From positions 2,170,001 to 2,234,000 of the forward strand of contig SMSO01000035.1 of NCBI GenBank assembly GCA_004764695.1: a DNA stretch of 64,000 nt, in the 5' to 3' direction. Of the stretch, positions 12,957-27,200 are shown piece by piece. This stretch comes from Schizochytrium sp. TIO01. Lineage: Eukaryota; Protista; Bigyra: Labyrinthulomycetes. Under the pieces are notes generated by a model, which saw only the letters and a program-made list of their open reading frames with translations, was not told the origin of the DNA and did no database searches. Both the position numbers and the translations under genes were made by a program. Every line of letters starts with the position of its first letter. Within the stretch, counting starts at the first letter, position 1.

Positions 12957-14156
12957 ATGGGAGCAGATTTCTCAAAATGTTGCGCTAACCACGCAGATGG
13001 CCAGGAGGTCCCATTTAAAATCGTCAGGAGACACGCTCGCCACGAGGAGGTGTGGATGGAGTCTGAGAGTAACAACTTAAGCAACCACAGCGCTAACAGC
13101 GCATATTCCCAACCATACAGGAGTCGAGAATGCACTCATGGAAGCAGCACCGCCAGCGAAAGTGAAAACCAAACTGCAGACATTCAAGAGATTGTGGATG
13201 TAAGCTCGCCATTTTTGCAGGCCAAATATACAAGCGAATCCATGCCACTTTCGCTACCCAGGTCTATTCCGCGTTCCTCGCCGGCAAATAACACTATCCA
13301 ACAGCGCCGCCGCACGATTTCTGGTGGAGTTCAGCCTGCTCCTGCATCGCCAACGTCAACAATAACCGCTGCGCTGCCTATCGCTTTTCCGCAAGCCCAA
13401 CAGCAGCAGCAGCAGCAGCAACAACAACAGCCCAACCCCTCACTGACTGACGCCCATCCATCTGTAAGGCGGTTGCGATCGCCACAACAATCCAACTTTC
13501 TCAGTCCAGGCTCATTTGACGATGGTATCGCTTCGCAAAAGGCCCAGCCAATGCAGGCCTATATCCAGCAACAAAAACAGCAACAGCTACAACACGCTGG
13601 ATTTATGCATCGCACTTCGGCCATGGTCAATTTGGCAGCAGTTGGAGCTAATCGCGAAGTTGCAAGCAGCGATTTTGGCACCATTGAGAGTGACGATGAA
13701 GCCGAAGATAGTGACAATCAACGCTTTCGCCAAGACTCCTTTATGTCTCGAGAATCATCGATTGGAGCTGGCTCCCTAGCTGATGAAGAGGACTTCAACG
13801 ATAACTTCGAACAAGAGCTTCAGCCTGTGCGTGTGTCGACCCCAGATCCTCATGGTGGTCACTTACGTTCTGTGCTTCTTGGGGAAGCCCCTGCATTGCC
13901 CCAATTACAGCTTCCAAAACCTGTGAAGAAACCCCTGGCCATGCACAAGCGTCGAAATAACGGCAGCCAACAATCTCTTCGCAGCAACGGTAGTCAGCAG
14001 CGCCGCAACAATCGCCACGCCGAGCCTGCTCCACAATCACAAAACACGTGGGACCTTATTGCAATTGAGTCTTCACCTACCAACAGCCGGCCAGGATTTC
14101 CCACCGAGGAAGTTCTGCGACGCAAGTGGGCGACTGCATCTTTGATGTGCAACTAG
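12957..14156 (+). CDS. Hypothetical low-complexity (S/Q/P-rich, polyQ) protein, 399 aa, with N-terminal myristoylation and palmitoylation motif
   Basis: 1.2-kb GC-rich ORF. First ATG is at 12957 (the ORF track starts at GTG 12954). N-terminus MGADFSKCC fits MGxxxS-K followed by CC. Contains a Q11 tract plus acidic and basic patches; no recognisable folded domain. Confidence 0.75.
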   Translation: MGADFSKCCANHADGQEVPFKIVRRHARHEEVWMESESNNLSNHSANSAYSQPYRSRECTHGSSTASESENQTADIQEIVDVSSPFLQAKYTSESMPLSLPRSIPRSSPANNTIQQRRRTISGGVQPAPASPTSTITAALPIAFPQAQQQQQQQQQQQPNPSLTDAHPSVRRLRSPQQSNFLSPGSFDDGIASQKAQPMQAYIQQQKQQQLQHAGFMHRTSAMVNLAAVGANREVASSDFGTIESDDEAEDSDNQRFRQDSFMSRESSIGAGSLADEEDFNDNFEQELQPVRVSTPDPHGGHLRSVLLGEAPALPQLQLPKPVKKPLAMHKRRNNGSQQSLRSNGSQQRRNNRHAEPAPQSQNTWDLIAIESSPTNSRPGFPTEEVLRRKWATASLMCN

Positions 14157-15285
14157 ACTTCCCCTTGTGGTCTCTGAGCAAGAAGAGAAACCTTGCAGCG
14201 GGAGTGGCGCGTGTGCCGTGATGATCTCGTTCGGTGTGAGTGATTGCTATTATATTCTCTACCCTTGACTTCAAAATGTTTTTGCGGCAACAATAGAAAG
14301 TCCTGGCAATTCATAGTTGAAATGCTTCGCCTGAATAGAATATAATGAAGGTCGTGTACACGACCTTCTAATCGTTTGACACACTCAATGACAAAATTTG
14401 CTGAGCACAGCATCATTTTGAACATTGCACTTTTTCTTTATATATTTCACCTTATATTAGCATCAAAAAGCATACAGCAGCAGGCAAGAGGGGAGACAAA
14501 TTTATGGAGTTGATTCTCTTTAAAACTCGTTACATTGAATCGAAGAGCGAACCGCTCGTTTGCGTGATATACGTTTGGGCGACATCGCAGCGAGCTTGCC
14601 TCACTCTTCTTGCAACGAGTATCCTCCGATCTCAACCTATATGTCTTTAGCTGTTGAATATGAAAATGAAAGCGAAAACCGATACGAATTGAGCTGAGAG
14701 CAGCATGTAACCTTGCTTTTGTGTGACTCAGCAAATGCGTTGCTGTTGAAAGAAAGCCAAATCATAGGTTTTTTCGTTTTCTTTTCCAAATATGGTCTTT
14801 TCTCGTATCGACATAGAGTGAAGGCCAATCGGGCTCTCTTTCGCATTGGCAATCTGATTATCGCCCTGCATGGTGGTGGGATCAAATACATGCCTGCATT
14901 TAAGGAAGAGAGACTGGAACTTGCTCCCGACTATTATTTTTTAAACTATTTATTTCAGTATTTGTGACAATCACTTCTTTATTCCTTATCAATTTATCTA
15001 TCTACCTTGAAATCTAAAACTGTTGAAGCCCTCTAAAATATGTTTTAAAAGTGCATCAACATGAATGTAATCCAGATAGATACTTGAAGAGACAGAATTA
15101 TAGTGCACCAAAGTTAATGCGTGTTTCTGACCAGTCATGTGAGTGAGCGAGTGACTGCTGGCTAGATCGAGTGATGAAGTTATCGTAAGTACGCATAAAA
15201 GAGAAGAAAACATCACTTCATACAACAAGTTGCAGAAAATACTTTAAACAGAAAAAAATGTCTTTTAGAGTGACGACACAATTGG

Positions 15286-18200
15286 CTAGTCATTCAGAGT
15301 ACAAAGCATCGCTACTCCTCTCCAAATCCAAAAGTCCGGTTCAGCCTCTGTGGGAAGATAGATTGGTAGAACAAAATTAGTGGACATTCCTGTTGTAGAG
15401 AGTGCGCCAGCTCGAGTGCTTGTTTTGTAGACTGGACAGGCGTACAATGCAGGATTGGGTTTAAAATTTTCAGTGGGTAGAAAGTGAATGGGTCTCATTG
15501 GCGAGTACATTTGCCCTGGACCTGCGTCTTGGATTGAATGCAACGACGCATCCCACCTGGCACCTTCCATGAAGAGGCCTGACACAATAACACCATTGTC
15601 CGGACGTTCATGGATGTCCTCCTCTTCACATTTGAAGACCGTAAAATCAAACGACAGTGAATTTACCGCAACCTTATGCTTGCGTGCATGGGTTTGCATA
15701 ATTCCTGTCATGAATCCTTGTGGGAAAAAGAACACTGGCAAAGGAAAAAAGACAGGCTCTCCATGTCTCAACCATTCACGAAGGAAGCTAACGCGAATTT
15801 TAAGGTCCTCATACCAGGACGACAGTGGGCGCAACGAAGGATAAGCCACCTGTGACCATAACGATGGTACTTCATTGTTCAAAAAACTGGTGTACATCTT
15901 GTCCAAATCACTCGACATGACAACGAATCCCTTGATTGCACGAACTAACTCGAGCATGGTAGACTTCATACGCTGCAGCAGGAGATTAAACTTAACAATT
16001 TCTTGTTGTAAAAATGTCGCCAGTGGATCATAGAGGCCAGTCTCTTCATTCAGTATGAATGTCTTTGCCCCTGCTTCAGTTTCAACATCCATTTCTTCAG
16101 GTAGATCATCCTGCATAACATTGGTGAGCGCCTGTACAACCTCATCTGGAGTTGCACCTGCGGCACCTCCAGTAGCCCGAGGTTCAATCGAAATTACTGC
16201 TCCCAACATGGAAAGACTTTCCTTAAGCTGGAAGGTCGTGTTTGCGTTATCATGCATACCGAACACCTCAGGGTCCTCAATATCTGGTAACTTGGACACG
16301 TATGATCTATATCCTGCCAAATCAGTATCAGCTGGTGCATAGTAACTTCCTGAACTGGAAAATTTATATTCGTCTTGAAGGATAGCAGTGGTGAAGAACC
16401 TACCCAAGATACTGAGCAGACACCGCCGGTCCCAATCATCAGTAACGCGACCACCGTAATTAATTTGCCCGGTCACATAGCGTAGAGCATCCCAAGGGAT
16501 TTCATCTTGTTCATTCAAGAACCTCGCAAGGCCCTGTGAGGAGCATTCAAGATCAGAATCGTCAAAATCATACCTAATATTCCATCCAAGAGGTCCGAAT
16601 TTGCGCCTTTCTTGGATGATACCATGAAAGAAGCATAGCCCAAAGAGTAGCTTACGAAAGTCACGCGGGCGAGCTGGGCAGCTGTCCAAAGCATCTTCTC
16701 TGAGAACAGTCTCAAAGGAGCGGAAGATATTGGCGCGAAGGCCCTTGGGTGGTTCATTTGTCAATTTAAGACCATTCTGTAAAACACTGACAGGAAAATA
16801 TGGAGCCGGAAAGGATGTGAGAAAAAGACGGAAATCGTGATGGATCATATTTCCACTGACTCTCAGAGAACTAGTCGCTCCAGCTCCTTGTGCATTTGCT
16901 GAAGCAATTACATCGCCCACAACATTCATCACGTCCCCTGTAGCCCCATCTGGAGCAGATGGGCCCCCATGCTGAGCGCTAGCCGGCTCATTAAAACCTA
17001 TGATGATTTCCTCTAGCTTTGGCATCCAAGATTTGGCTAAATGGCAATTTTGCAAGAGGACCCAGTCTCCCGCACGTGTTGCATTTGCAATCAAAGCCTC
17101 TGCTTTGGCACCTTGACCTTGCCCTAAAGAGATAACATGAAGTCGTTCAGTGTATCCACACTTGTCTGCAAACCGGAGAAGGATACTTGTTGGGTCAGCA
17201 CCTTGCGAAAGTACAAAAATACAAGGAGTCTTATGGTCCATATCTGCACTAATGTCCTCCATTGACGTACTTGGGCTCTGTACAAATGATGCGCCAAGCT
17301 CAGCACAGACGAAATTGCGAATGGAAAACACAGTCTTTTCCTCACGAAAGGATTTTACCAATATGAGCTTCTGAAAATTACTGAGACAAATCGTTCCATC
17401 GTCATCAGTCAAAGGATCTTCGTGCCCATCCTCTACATCGTTGGTTTCAGAATCCTCATCTGCGTTATGCTTAGCCGATGCACTTTCCATAGATCGCCCT
17501 CCGGAATGACCGGGTGGGCATACTGGTACAAAACCTTCCAAAGGTAACTTTTGGTCTTCAGGGTTTTCACTACTCGCCCAGGTTGCCCATTTATCATCCC
17601 AGTGCTCACAGATAAACGTGTGTAAACCTCCAAAGACTCGAGGATTCTCGTGGCTCAAAACTGCTATAGTCTGGTATGCAATCTGCGGAAACTTCTCTGG
17701 CAGTCCACCAGAAGGCTCCTGAGCAAGCTCTGGATGAGCACTTACAAGGGATGCTGGTCCTCGCAAAAAAAGTATCCATTCGAGATTTGAGATTGCCTCT
17801 GTTTCAAATCTCATAATTCTTACAGTTATCAGAAAAGCAAAGAGGAGCTTGTGCGTTTCAAAGAGACCTCGGCAAATGTTTTTAAAGACAAACTGATTCT
17901 GGTAGGTCATAATGTTAAGAAGACGCTCAGCTTGCTCTATGCTTGGCTCACTATCATCTATGCTGCGACAGAAGAGCTTCTGAAAGTATTCAAGACTATA
18001 AGCATACATAGAATCGATTTTCGCTAAATCTGCCACTGCAAAATACAGGATACTGCCGCGACGTGCAACTGCGCGATAGCTGTTGCGCATCATGTTGACC
18101 TCGTGATTTGTTTTCTCTGACTCTGTCACGCGCTCTGAAATAATAGCTGAGGTTGTCTTTGAGTCGGCAAGTGTGTTGATGAGCTCCTCATCATCCAGGA

Positions 18201-21200
18201 TATCACCTTTTGATTCAGACAACATCCGCAAAATTTTGCTTTCGATATCCTTCAGTTGTTTCTGATCAGATGCCATGCTCATTAGTAAACGATTTTTGCG
18301 ATCTTCGATATCAGGCTTTTCCTTTCGTACGACCATGCCCAAAAGTTGATCTTCCAAACCCTCCATAGTTACGGTGAAGTTGATAATAGTGACCTTGATA
18401 CATACCTCGGGGAGGTAGTGCGGGTTGGCCATTTTAGTAGTCATGAAGAACTTAAAGGATGCATCATAATCTACGTCAGAGTCACCAATGCGAATGAGAG
18501 TGCGTCCATTCTGTCGGAAGATTGCCTTTTGAAGGACAGGCTCTAAACCAGGGTCAATCTGCTCAGAAAGGTCTTCCACAAGAAGAGGGCGTCCATTACG
18601 TACAGCATTCTCTAACACTCGTAAGAGATCCTTGTCGGACATTTTCACACACTCAAGGCCCATTTTGGCCTCTTTCTGCTTGATCCAGCGATTAGCTTGC
18701 ATCTGAGGGTCAATCATCAAAGGCCATCGTTTGCCGTAAGTTGCAAGGAGCGCATTATTGGTGGAAACCTCATCTGTTGGAAGTCCACAAATCTGCCATT
18801 CGCGTACTAAAACAGGACTACCGATAGTTTCGACGAGATTGAATAATCCGCTGCAAGGAATTTTCATGTCCTGAACTTTCTTTTGCCACAATTCTACAAG
18901 ACCTTCCCTGTACGAACCCGTGAAAGCACCATAGTAAGAGACACAAGCTGCAGCTAGGAAAACATCGCCCACAAGTTCTTGGATTTGTGAATCAATGATC
19001 ACAACTGACTCGCGCCAGCGAACACCCTCGCTTGCAAGCCCACTGGTCAATTTTTCTGCTCGCTCAAGACGAGCCTTCGTTTGTTCTGCCTCATCAGCGA
19101 GTCTATTCTTTTCCGCTAGAGTGGCGTCACATGTGGCCTGAAGGGCATTTACCTTGTCAACAACAGCTTGCAATGCATTACGCTTCTCCACAAGTACTGA
19201 GTTCGCCTCGGCTAATGCATCATTCATTTCTTGCAATCGCTGCTTCTTAGGACCTACCTCCTTAGCAACAACTGAGTAAACATCCATTGCATGCACCCAC
19301 ATACACAGTGAAGTAGCAGCCTTGCTAACCTTCGCTACGTTATCCACAGCCATGATAGGATCATCTACATATTTCTTGAGTTTTTTCAATGTTGCTGCTG
19401 GAATATTATCCTTGTCAAATGTTTTAAGGTTGTCCATGAACTTGGTATCACTCATAACCTTCTTTGCTGTGTCCCAATCAGGTTTTTCGCCAAGTAACAC
19501 GTTCACAGCCTCCATAACTGTCTGTACTGCAGCAGGAGGCTTAATGAAGTTCTTGATCTCAGTGATATCTTTTTGTCAAGTGCATCAAGAGACTTGATTG
19601 CTGTATCTAAAGCTGGCATAGCTTTATCTAAATCGCGCTGTGCATCAGCTTGTACCTCAGCAACTTGCGTCGCTTTTGCGTTGACCTCTTCCTCCTCAGT
19701 GGCTACCTTCGCCTTGACTACACTTGCCTCAGCCTGTTCTTTGGCGACCTGTTTCAGTAACTTTTCAGCGTCCTGGCTCTTCACTTCGAGTACAGGCATA
19801 AGGTCATTCAGTTCCTTTTTCAGGTTTTGAACCATATCGTTTGTCTCCTCAAGTTTAATGATACCGTTGCTAAGACGGTCTCTTGATTCGGTCATCTCAC
19901 TTCGTTTGTCCTGAAGCATTGAAATGTACAGCTCAATTAAATCTAAGTAGGATTTGGGTGTTGTGTATACTGTACGGCCCAGTTCTTCATGGAAACGTGC
20001 AGCGCAAGTTGAGATAGAGGTGTGGACTACCGCACAAGCCGAAACAAGAGCCTCACGGCATTCTTCAGACGGCAGCTCGAGCTTTGAAAGAAACCGCTGA
20101 GCTACAGAATTTAATGCACTTTGTGGCCATTCCAGAAACCAATCAATTGTGCAGCAATTAATTAATGATGGAAACTGACGACACCACACACGAAGCGCAT
20201 TGCCCACAGGAGACATGCAAAGAACAATGTGTAGATTATCTCTAACACGATTGACGAAGACCTGTTTGCAATTATCTCTGCTTTCAGGGATTCCCATCCG
20301 TTTTACCACATCCCCCATATCTGCAACAATGCGATCCATCTCATCTTGTGGAAAAAGATTTGGTACTTCTCCCGAGTTCAAAATATTGTTGACATCTTCG
20401 AGGAAATCATCTACGATGATTTGAGAATCAGTAAATAAAAATCCCACTTTGCGCCCAGCTACACCAGCTGTAATCATCATCTTCTTGATGTCCTCACGAA
20501 ACTCAACGGGTCCATAACCCTTTGATATTTCAATCTGTACGCAACGCATGCCACACATAAACATTGCAAGTCGCGACAAGCTCTGCTTACCTGAACCGCC
20601 AACACCAACAAGCATTGCATTTCCTCTTTTCTGACGAAGAATGCGTGAAATACGAGAAATATGCTCCATGGCATCTTGAAAGAACACAAGGTTCATTTTG
20701 GATGGGAATGTAATGTTATAGTCATCAAGGGCATCTTCGAGAACTTTTGCAACCTGATTGAAGCTTTGTGCTTCCTCATATGGACGTGTATCAATGACTA
20801 TCTCACCTTCCTTAGCATCGTTTTCTGCATCGTTTTCGCTCTCATCATTCTCATCCGCGAATCCACGTAAGAAATCAACAAAAAGAAGCGGCGGCTTAAT
20901 TGCGGCCTTTGAAGCTGCACCAGTTGTTTCTGTCGTTCCAAAGACTTCTTCGTGAGTCCATTGAACTTTGAAATTTCTCCGCAAGAGCTCCAGAATTGCT
21001 TCAGTGAACCATGCTTTATCTTCGCTATTGATTAGGCGATCATGAAAAACGCGCATGCACTCATGCGCCCAAAGACGAATCATCGTATCAGGACCTGAAC
21101 ATCGTGGAGGTTGGACCATCAATATACCCTGGACAACTTTGCTCAAGTCCCGCAGGTTAAACGTATAATGGCTTTTACTGGGTGTAGGAAGCATTTCTTT

Positions 21201-24200
21201 ACACATTCGCTGATAAATGTCAATTGTGGACTGAATCACAGCATGAGTAAGGCTTCGAATTTCAGGTGCAAAACCATGTTGAAGGTAACCAGAAAGAATA
21301 CTGGAAAACATAATCATCATTGCATCATCCGCTGCGGGTGGCATGCACAAAACAGAAAAGTGTCTAACAAAGCGAGGTGTGACAATATTGCGTCCACCTC
21401 CAGGAGGTGCTGCAGCGACTGTGAGTACTGTGTCCTCAATTTCCTTGAAGAAGAGCTTTTCACGATCATAAAACCCGCCAAAATCAAGAAATTGGCGCAG
21501 AAGCTCGATAGGAGGTTGTGCTCCATACTCCTCCACTGTGGGCATGTTGACATCATCAACGCAGATTACGCAGGTTTGACCAGCAGGAGCACCTAGTAAA
21601 GTTTTACGCTTTTTCTCTAATTTTGACTCTATAGAAAGCTGAGTTACTTTCGAAGCAGTTTGTGCACTAAATCCAAGTAAGATTGGCATGACCGGTTTGC
21701 TTCTGACAATACCAAGACGCTGATTCCGCTGTTGTTCTTTTGCTGCAGCTGCAGCTGCAGCTGCAGCTTTGCTGTTTTCTCCATCTGCAGCCGCGGCTGG
21801 CTCGCTTTCTTGTCCAACCTCAGCAAGCTCACGCAGAAGGCTTTGAAGCAATACTGTCTTACCAGTACCTGTCACACCAGTCAGAAAACATGGTCGCTGA
21901 ATTGCAAGTAGCTTCTCTGCTAAGTACGAAAAACGCACAGTGTCTATTGTAGGAACGACAAGCTGAGAAAATGGTACTCGTGTGCTGTATGCAAATGCTG
22001 GTACAACTTCGTCCCATCTCCTTAACTCTTCTTCCCGAAAATCAACAAAGTAGTCAAAGACCTGACCTTTGGCCGAAAATCCAATCATTGACAGTGAGGC
22101 TCGTTCAAATGCAACTCGCGCCCACTCGTCAAATGATTCGCGGTTAGCTGCAGTGATGGGACCTCCCAAAGACCATGTCACAGCAAATGCAAAGAGCTTA
22201 TCAACAAGGCGAAGAATACGCTCTGTGAGCTTTTGCTGAGTGGCTTTATCATCTCCACTCCCACTATTGCTGGTTCGTTCCGAGTGCAGACTAGCCAACA
22301 ATTCAGAGGAACCAAAAAGAGCTTGAAATATTTTGCAGAAAGAAGCGGCTGCTTGCACACCAGAGGTGCTTATAGGTTCTGTACAGTGACGTCGAACAAA
22401 ATCTACACCTTCGTGAAAGACAGTCGTTACACAATGAGAAAGACGAGTGGAAATGGGTTCATGATAAGCGCCAAAAGGTTCTTTCATATCGCGCATTAGC
22501 CAAGTCTGAACATACGGAAGCCATCCGAGATCATCAGGGGTCATGTAAAGCACACCAAGGCGAGAGACAGTGGCAGGAGATGCCACTTCCAGATCTTGAA
22601 CCTCAAAAACACACTTCATCACAGCCTTAAGTTTGATTCGCTCGCCGTTTGCAAGACAGAGGGTCATATTATCATCAAGTACCGTGTTCATGTTTTCGAT
22701 CCAAAGTGCGTCAATCGGTCCGTCAAAAACAATCCATTTTGAGTCGCTAGTTTCACTTGCGACTTGTGCTCGCATAATTGAAGATGCAAGTCCATCTGTC
22801 CACTCCTGTGTAAGTTCGTTGAACTCACCATACAGTTCTCCCATTGTGATACACTTTGGGTTCAGGATGTTCTGATGAACAGTACGGTAAATGATTTTAT
22901 CGTCCGGCACTCCAGCTTCTTGTTGCATGATATAGAGCCGCGAAAGCGCATCTGCAAGTGTTTTATACGCAGTTGTTTTCCACCACCGGTTGGTCCAACG
23001 ATTGTAATTCCAAAACGCACATTCATTGTCTCATAGAGTTGAATTATTTTCCCAACAAATGATTCTACACATTGTAATGTATTGGAGGCGAGAACGGTTT
23101 CCACCATTTCGCGAAGATCGCCTGTATCTTGGTAAGGTACTGTGACACCAGGAAACAGATCTGCAAGAATACCAAAGAAAGAGGAACATCCTGGCGCAGG
23201 AATTTGGGGAGGTTTGAGTCTCGCATGGCACGAATCAGTACAACATCTTCGGAAAGATGCGGGTTTCCACGCTTTAAACCACCAGCCATGACCAAAACAG
23301 ATTTCACAGCTCGAAGTCCATAGTCATAATGACACTGCTGACTCAGCTGCTCGCTGCTGAGCATGTACATCTTTGTCATTTTACGGCTTAAAGTCTTCGC
23401 ATCGCTGAATCCTTCTGCAAAAAGCATAATCTCAGCAATTAAGGAATAGTCAGGCACCATCATCGCTACTGGCCTGAATAATACCTTCAGGTTATCTGGA
23501 AGCTCTGTACGACCTGCATAGCCAGGGTTCATGGTAATAATGACATGGTACTCCTTCAGCTCAATCTGCCGTCCCTCAAATGCAATTGCATTAAATCCAG
23601 CAAGTCGACCTTGCCGAAGAGTAAGTAGCTGCTGCGCAACTACCGACAAAACCTCAATATCAATGCGATTAAACTCGTCCAAACAAGTCCAACATCCTGC
23701 TTGAGCTAGGCCGCTAAAAAGTTTTGCCATCATTTTATAATCAATTTGATCTGAGCAATTATAGACAATGCATTGGATACCTAAAGCCTTTGCAAGATCC
23801 TTTGATGATTCTGTCTTTCCAGTTCCTGCAGGGCCACTAGGGGAACCACCTAACTTAAGCTGTAACGCACCTGTCAAGGTCATCCAGCAGCGATCTGTAA
23901 GTGGAGTGATTACAAGTCGGGATGTACACCCCTCATACTCATACGCGTATCGAATAACTGAATTTGACTGACGCACCACACAATCATCAATGTCTTCCTT
24001 TTGCCAGTAATATCGTAGCTGCTGCTGCCATGTAAAATTGTTGAGTGAATCAACGTTCTCGTCTCTCAAGGTTTCCACAATATCACGGGCATGCACATCT
24101 GTAGTGACCAGTGCTACAATGATTTTACGCTCCCGCTTGGTGAGGTCAGATCGAACAAGCATTGTAAGTTTGTCGAGCTCTTCAACGTTTCTATTATACC

Positions 24201-27200
24201 ATGCCTCTAGCGACCCAACGTCATCTTGATAAAAGCTATCCATGAAAGATGGTTCGGTCGCAGGAACCCCTCTCCCAGCACTACGAGAAGACATATTCCG
24301 GATAGTGGCTTCAGTACCCAGCACCCATGCAATTTGTGCAACTGTGGCAACGATTTGTCCAGGGTGAGACCGAACCCACTCAATTCGAGGCCGCTCAAAG
24401 AAATCTTCAAGGCCAACTTTCATGAGTTTATGTAGACTCGACTTCATATCCTTTTCAACTGCAGTGAGCCAATCTTCAACGTTACCACGTGCCTTGAGAT
24501 TCTTTCCAAGCTCGATGCGCTCGTCCTCAGGCGAAATCATTGCTTTGATGTCAATTGATTTGGGTTGGTCACCAAAGTCCAAAGCTACCAGTGCATCGAA
24601 GCATTTTCGAAGGTGCGGTTGAACTGCCTGTGGATCCTTAGTTTGGGCAAGAATTTCTAAAAGCTCATCATTGGATAGAAAGTAAAATCGCGCAAAAGCT
24701 GCACGCTTTGTCTCCAAGTAATCTTCTAGACTCTTTTGAATTTTTTCCAAGTTTGCGTTATGCTTTCGCAAAGTTTCGCGCAGGCCAGGACGTGTACAAC
24801 TCTTCATGCAGTTGGGATCATCCGCTGTACGCCTCATGTTCTCGCGGAACGAAGCATCAATTTTGGAGAAGAGCTTCGATTCTTGTGGCAACTGGCGTTG
24901 AATATCAGGTGCACTAAAAATTGACTCCAAGTACATCCAGTTCCGTTGGCACAAGAGCCACTCTTCAAAAGTCTCTTGGAATAAGACCAATTTGTTTCTC
25001 CAATCATCCACCTGGTCCTTAATTGGCTTGACGTACCGTGATCCAAGAATTGTGTTGATGGTAACCAAAGAGTCGTCAAGATCTACAATGACATCGTCCA
25101 CGCCACCGATGATCTTATCTTTCGTATCCTTGTACTGGAGAATAGTAAAATCTGCAGTTTTCCATTTCTCTGAAACTTTATGCAACATCTTTAAGAGCAC
25201 CTCTTCCTGCACTGCCTCGACTGCAATAGTCTCGATAACTTCACCGTGATCCATCGCCCGACGCTTGATAAGGTGGCCCAGCTTAAGGTCCTCGACGCCA
25301 TTGACTTGATACCCCAGAACCGTATGAATGATCTCCCAGTGTCTTTCTTGAAGAGCTGCGCAACGCAAAGCAGTAACGACTGGCATTGTTCGCTTGAAGT
25401 CAGAAACCTTATCGCGAAGGGATGGTGCGACTAAATTACCAGGAAGACCACGCTCTGCCTGTAGTGCCGTTTTCATATACTTTTCGACCTCTAGAAGAAT
25501 TCCAGCAGCATCCACTTCAGCGAAAACAGTATCACACCAAGATGAGGAGAGCTCACTCCACGAGCGTACCGCGCGCCACAACTTAAGCTTGACAGTGAGG
25601 TCCTGCTTAACCTCATCAAGTTCGTCATATGTAGATATAGGAACTCCAAGGGTTTTTTGGTAATGCGTAAATTTTTCCCGTTGTGCTTGGATACTAGTAA
25701 ACTGCTTTTCCGCATCTTCGAGATATTCAATCACGCTAGATGACTTTGCATCTGGATCAAAAACCATCACATTACTAAGTACCGTGCGTAGGTTGCCAAC
25801 TTTACTCTGCACACGGGGTATCTGTTCCTCTAGTTCCTTAGCAAATTTGATTGTATTTTCAGCCATAGTATCTTCGGAGCTTTGAATAGAGTTATGAAGA
25901 GCCTTGTTGGTTTCTTTCAGCATGTATATTGATGTATTGTCCTCTTCGTCCAAGGGCACTTGGTAATCTTTGCATAATTTGTAAAGCTTCACAGTAAATG
26001 TAAAGCTTCCATCGATACCCTCGATTGTCTCCGTGACCTCTTTAAGAAATGATAACTGTTCGACAAAACCATCCACCGAATATGCAGTTTGACTAAGAAT
26101 ATCATCTCGATGCCGCATGTCGCGAAGATTTTGTTGAGTTTTTGTACGTAAGACATGGGGAAATAGGGAACGGATTTGGTTGAAGCAACGCACAGGGCTG
26201 GGGATGAATCGAGATTTGAGGTTCTCTGCATCAACACGCACAATGCCAATTGTGCTGTGTGTGGGCATGGAGTCAAACATTGAGTGTTGCGCACTGTACT
26301 TACTAAGTAGGCTTTGAAATACCTCAAGTGGTTGAACAGAATAGGCCTCGAGGGTGAGTCCAGAAAGAAGCTCCTCATTTTGGACATATTCCTTTACGAA
26401 TGGTACAAAAACCTTGCAAAAGTTGGTTGCGTCGTCAAATGCGGTACGAAGACATTCACCAATATCATCGACCATTGACTGAAATTGAGCACCTTCTACA
26501 ATCATCATTTCTAGATCGAGGTGATCTCCCACTGCGTTTGATTCCTCCATGGAGGGTTGGGCATATAGTGCAAGGTCAGGGTGTGTTAACAGCCGTTCTG
26601 GACCTGTAACCACCTTGAGGGTATCGAAAATGATACTTTCTGTCTCTGTCCGGAACTCCTCTGCTGTTGGGTAAAACGAAACACTGGGTTCAGCAAGAAC
26701 ATCTCCTTCATCGTGAGCTTTTAACCGATCTGCAAGCTCTGGAAGTGGCACACTTGCATCCATATGCACAATGAAGATGGGCTGTGGCTCTCGTATCGCT
26801 GGGGTTGATAACTGTGACCCTCCGTTCAAGTTCGCAATTGGAACTTTGCTCCCTGCAAGAAGAGATTTTCTATGTCCATGGTTGTCACCAGTGATAGCTA
26901 CGTGCGCTCCTCCTGCTCGATTGTGATGATCTGCAGCATGGCGCGCCTTTTGTTTGTCAGAGATATGAGATAAGAAATCAGCCGTAGACGCAATGGCCAA
27001 GCTCAAAAACGTATCAATTACAAGAAAGTCAACGAGTCGAATGTATTTTGTAAGCTTGCGGCACTGCGTACGCATTGCTGCGCGCTCAGTAAATGTGATT
27101 GCCCGAACTTTTCGTCCACTCTCAGCAGCGGCTGCAGCTGCTGCAGCAGCCGCAGCTCTTTCTTCTGGAGTTGCACTTGCAGAGAATTGTCGTGCAAAAC

